From assembly GCA_964445255.1 (NCBI GenBank), contig CAYUKM010000003.1, positions 1-46,231 of the forward strand: a DNA stretch of 46,231 nt, given 5' to 3'. The position numbers and the translations under genes are program-made. Origin of the DNA: an uncultured Acidimicrobiales bacterium (lineage in GTDB: Bacteria > Actinomycetota > Acidimicrobiia > Acidimicrobiales > SHLQ01). The notes under the pieces are model-generated. The model saw only the letters and a list, made by a program, of their open reading frames with translations, was not told the DNA's origin and did not search any database. Shown here piece by piece: positions 45,516 to 46,231 of this stretch. How positions within the stretch are numbered: the first letter of the stretch is position 1; each line of letters begins with the position of its first letter.

Positions 45516-46229
45516 TTACGCGGCGGGCTCTTCCACCTCGACTGGGGGAGTGGTCGCCTCTGGAGGCACGGTCTCTGGAGGCACGGTTTCGGGCGGCGCC
45601 TCGGTCACCGGGGGTTCGTCGGCTGGCTCTGGTTCTGATTCAGGTGCTGTTGTCGCGGGAGGCGTTTCGGGTTCTTCAGGGGTTTCGGGTTGCGGCTCTG
45701 ATGGTGCGATGTCGCCAGGGTCTTCGCCTTCATTCTGCTCAGGGTCCGTCGGCGTCTCGGGTGCCTCAGGCGACTCTGGAGCCTCACCCTGTTCGGGACC
45801 CTCGCCGTCGGCGGTGGGATCCTCGCCATCGCCGGGTAGGTCCTCCGGGTTCTGACCCTCAGGGACTTCGCCGTTTACGTCGGGTTGATCAGCCGGGTTC
45901 TCATTGTCGAACCCAGGGTCTTCGCCGTTCTCCAAGGCCTCGATCTGCTCGGCGTCAGGATCTTCGGTCTCGACACCGTCGCAGCCGATTCCCTCGGGTC
46001 GGTAGGTGGCAAAGACGGTGTCGATGTCGGTGGAGCCATCGTCGATGAAGGTCAGCGTGCGTTCGGTCGTAACCCGGGTGCAGGCTTCGCCCACCTGGGT
46101 TTCCCATTGGGCGGACTGCTCGGCCTCAACCCACGGGGTGGAGTAGAGATCAACCGTCACCGAGCCGGAGGTACTCGTCGGCCAGATCAGGACCGGGTAT
46201 GGGCTCGGATTCGAAATGATGAGCGCTGG
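45516..46229 (-). CDS. VanW-family protein, 3' part (truncated by window end), with acidic Pro-rich tail
   Basis: Frame stays open to the window edge: PALIISNPSPYPVLIWPTSTSGSVTVDLYST; G5-like segment then PPET repeats. Confidence 0.7.
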   Translation of the reverse strand, partial: PALIISNPSPYPVLIWPTSTSGSVTVDLYSTPWVEAEQSAQWETQVGEACTRVTTERTLTFIDDGSTDIDTVFATYRPEGIGCDGVETEDPDAEQIEALENGEDPGFDNENPADQPDVNGEVPEGQNPEDLPGDGEDPTADGEGPEQGEAPESPEAPETPTDPEQNEGEDPGDIAPSEPQPETPEEPETPPATTAPESEPEPADEPPVTEAPPETVPPETVPPEATTPPVEVEEPAA

Positions 46230-46231
46230 CG

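Noticed and set aside
1-46231. Prophage, IS element, tRNA/rRNA or riboswitch
   Set aside because: No integrase, transposase or phage genes and no recognisable RNA-gene motifs by eye; an Infernal/Rfam scan would be needed to exclude them formally

Overview
High-GC (roughly 60% by eye) actinobacterial chromosomal segment, most consistent with Acidimicrobiia. Supporting signs are WhiB, DivIVA, CofC, an ImuA'/ImuB pair with a GAAC-N4-GTTC SOS box, and pervasive leaderless TANNNT promoters. Most of it is housekeeping: a polyol-type ABC transporter with a ROK kinase, ilvBNC, thiolase, DivIVA, cofC, rnhB, a TrmH-family methylase, thrB and a partial VanW gene. I saw no tRNA, rRNA, CRISPR array, integrase or transposase. 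The best signals the ORF track does not explain are: (1) mirror-image twin GCGACT-N16-CGTC promoters driving an ECF sigma/ZAS anti-sigma pair and a divergent MscS/CmpX-like gene; (2) a membrane-anchored, apparently degenerate nuclease-toxin-like gene coupled to an immunity-like gene; (3) an unannotated leaderless ilv leader peptide (MFSQAILVVVVM) with unusual pairing; (4) an orphan WXG100-like gene back-to-back with the LexA-controlled imuAB, which has no adjacent dnaE2; (5) a paralogous C-terminal gene fragment bracketed by a 12-bp direct repeat; (6) an in-frame structured repeat inside a HerA-like ATPase; (7) ultra-compact bidirectional leaderless promoters. Family assignments come from motif recognition only; no database searches were run.
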